Shown in pieces: positions 62,923 through 64,000 of a DNA stretch of 64,000 bases. This DNA is from Acidimicrobiales bacterium (GTDB taxonomy: Bacteria; Actinomycetota; Acidimicrobiia; Acidimicrobiales; JAHWKP01). Each line of letters opens with the position of its first letter. Position 1 is the stretch's first letter. The stretch covers positions 3,729 through 67,728 of the forward strand of contig DATLBX010000150.1 of assembly GCA_035526705.1 (NCBI GenBank). Direction: 5' to 3'. The notes beneath the pieces were generated by a model that saw only the letters and a program-made list of their open reading frames with translations, was not told where the DNA came from and searched no databases. The position numbers and the translations under genes were made by a program.

Positions 62923-64000
62923 ATGGCCGACGAGAAGAAAAAGGACGAAAAGGGCGCGCCCGGCGATAAGGGCGAAACCAAGAGGGGCGATGAAAAGCCG
63001 GCCCAGGTGGTGGAGGAGAAGGAGTCCAGGACGGAGCACACGGTTCGCATCGCCAAAAAGCAGGTCCGCTATGAAGCTGTCGCGCGAACCACCACCCTCA
63101 GAGACGCCGAAGGTAAGGACAAAGCCAGCGTCTTTTCGATTTCCTACACCCGCCTCCCGGAAGGGGACGCCGCGGACCGTCCGATCCTGTTCTCCTTCAA
63201 CGGTGGACCCGGCTCGTCATCGGTCTGGCTGCACCTCGGCCTTTTCGGGCCGCGCATGATCGACCTCGGCCCCGGCGAAGTTCCCTCCAAGCCTCCATAC
63301 CGGCTCACCGACAACGACGCCTCGCTGCTTGACATCTGCGACCTGGTCTTCATCGATCCGGTCAGCACGGGCTACAGCCGCCCCGTCCCCGGCGAGGAAG
63401 CCAAACAGTTTCATGGGGTCAAGGAGGACGCAGAGTGGGTCGCGGAGTACATCCGCCACCACCTCGGTCGCACCAAGCGGTGGTCGTCTGCGAAGTTCCT
63501 GGCGGGTGAGAGCTATGGCACGACGCGGGCCGCCGCGCTCTCCGACCTCTTGCAGGACCGGGGCATTTCGCTGAACGGCGTCATGTTGATCTCGGCTGTC
63601 TTGAACTTCCAGACCATCATCTACGGGCGGATCAATGACATCCTTCCGTACCTCACCTACCTGCCGTCCTATGCGACGACCGCGCATTATCACGGCCGAC
63701 TGGGAAAGTCGCTGGGCAATGTGCACAAGGTTTCGGCGGCCGCCGAGGAATTCGCCCTCGACGAGTACGGGCCGGCCCTCATGCTCGGGCGACGCCTCGA
63801 CGGCCGGCGCCGCGCTTCGATTGTGGGGCGGCTGTCTGAGCTCACGGGCTTGTCCACCGGGGTCATCGAGGAAAACGACCTTCGCGTCCAGCCCCATCGC
63901 TTCATGAAGGAGCTGTTGAGAGATCAGGGACGCACGGTTGGTCGCCTCGACTCGCGATTCACCGGGATCGACTACGACCGAGGCGGGGAATCTCCGGAGT
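62923..64000 (+). CDS. S10-like serine carboxypeptidase family protein; 3' end cut by the window edge
   Basis: Not in the ORF track (no stop in the window). My translation from ATG 62923 gives a Lys/Glu-rich N-terminus, then FSFNGGPGSSSVWLHLG and the nucleophile motif LAGESYG. Confidence 0.7.
   Translation, partial: MADEKKKDEKGAPGDKGETKRGDEKPAQVVEEKESRTEHTVRIAKKQVRYEAVARTTTLRDAEGKDKASVFSISYTRLPEGDAADRPILFSFNGGPGSSSVWLHLGLFGPRMIDLGPGEVPSKPPYRLTDNDASLLDICDLVFIDPVSTGYSRPVPGEEAKQFHGVKEDAEWVAEYIRHHLGRTKRWSSAKFLAGESYGTTRAAALSDLLQDRGISLNGVMLISAVLNFQTIIYGRINDILPYLTYLPSYATTAHYHGRLGKSLGNVHKVSAAAEEFALDEYGPALMLGRRLDGRRRASIVGRLSELTGLSTGVIEENDLRVQPHRFMKELLRDQGRTVGRLDSRFTGIDYDRGGESPE

Overview
High-GC, actinobacterial-type chromosomal segment, almost fully coding on both strands. 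I support about 60 protein genes and 3 tRNAs (Val-TAC, Met/Ile2-CAT, Asn-GTT). I saw no rRNA, CRISPR array, transposase or integrase. The backbone is a conserved housekeeping block, mostly on the minus strand: rpoD-dnaG-ppdK-glyQS-recO-uppS-era-corC-ybeY-phoH-HIT, dnaJ-hrcA, lepA, rpsT/holA/folP/comEC/comEA. On top of this sits a dense signalling layer. It has three GGDEF-containing proteins (two GGDEF-EAL hybrids and one GGEEF cyclase with an I-site). It has a BldD-like c-di-GMP effector with the RXD-X8-RXXD motif intact, and a WhiB7-type regulator with promoter, long leader, candidate uORF and intrinsic attenuator. The best candidate for an undescribed system is a five-gene, translationally coupled operon: an orphan PilB/GspE-family ATPase, a DHp-receiver protein with no catalytic domain, a CHASE3 histidine kinase and two CheY-like receivers. 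Other oddities: an 800-aa hendecad-repeat coiled-coil protein coupled to hrcA; a 31-codon ORF with a strong SD that is absent from the ORF track; a DUF5317-like/MFS fusion whose frame has no stop until 564 nt into a convergent dehydrogenase gene; a lower-GC LAGLIDADG-like gene at a tRNA pair; and malQ translationally coupled to an ATP-dependent DNA ligase. Many long ORFs in the supplied track are antisense or off-frame shadows typical of high-GC DNA and were rejected. The track translates GTG/TTG starts as M, so several starts were re-placed by eye. All calls rest on motif recognition by eye; no searches were run.
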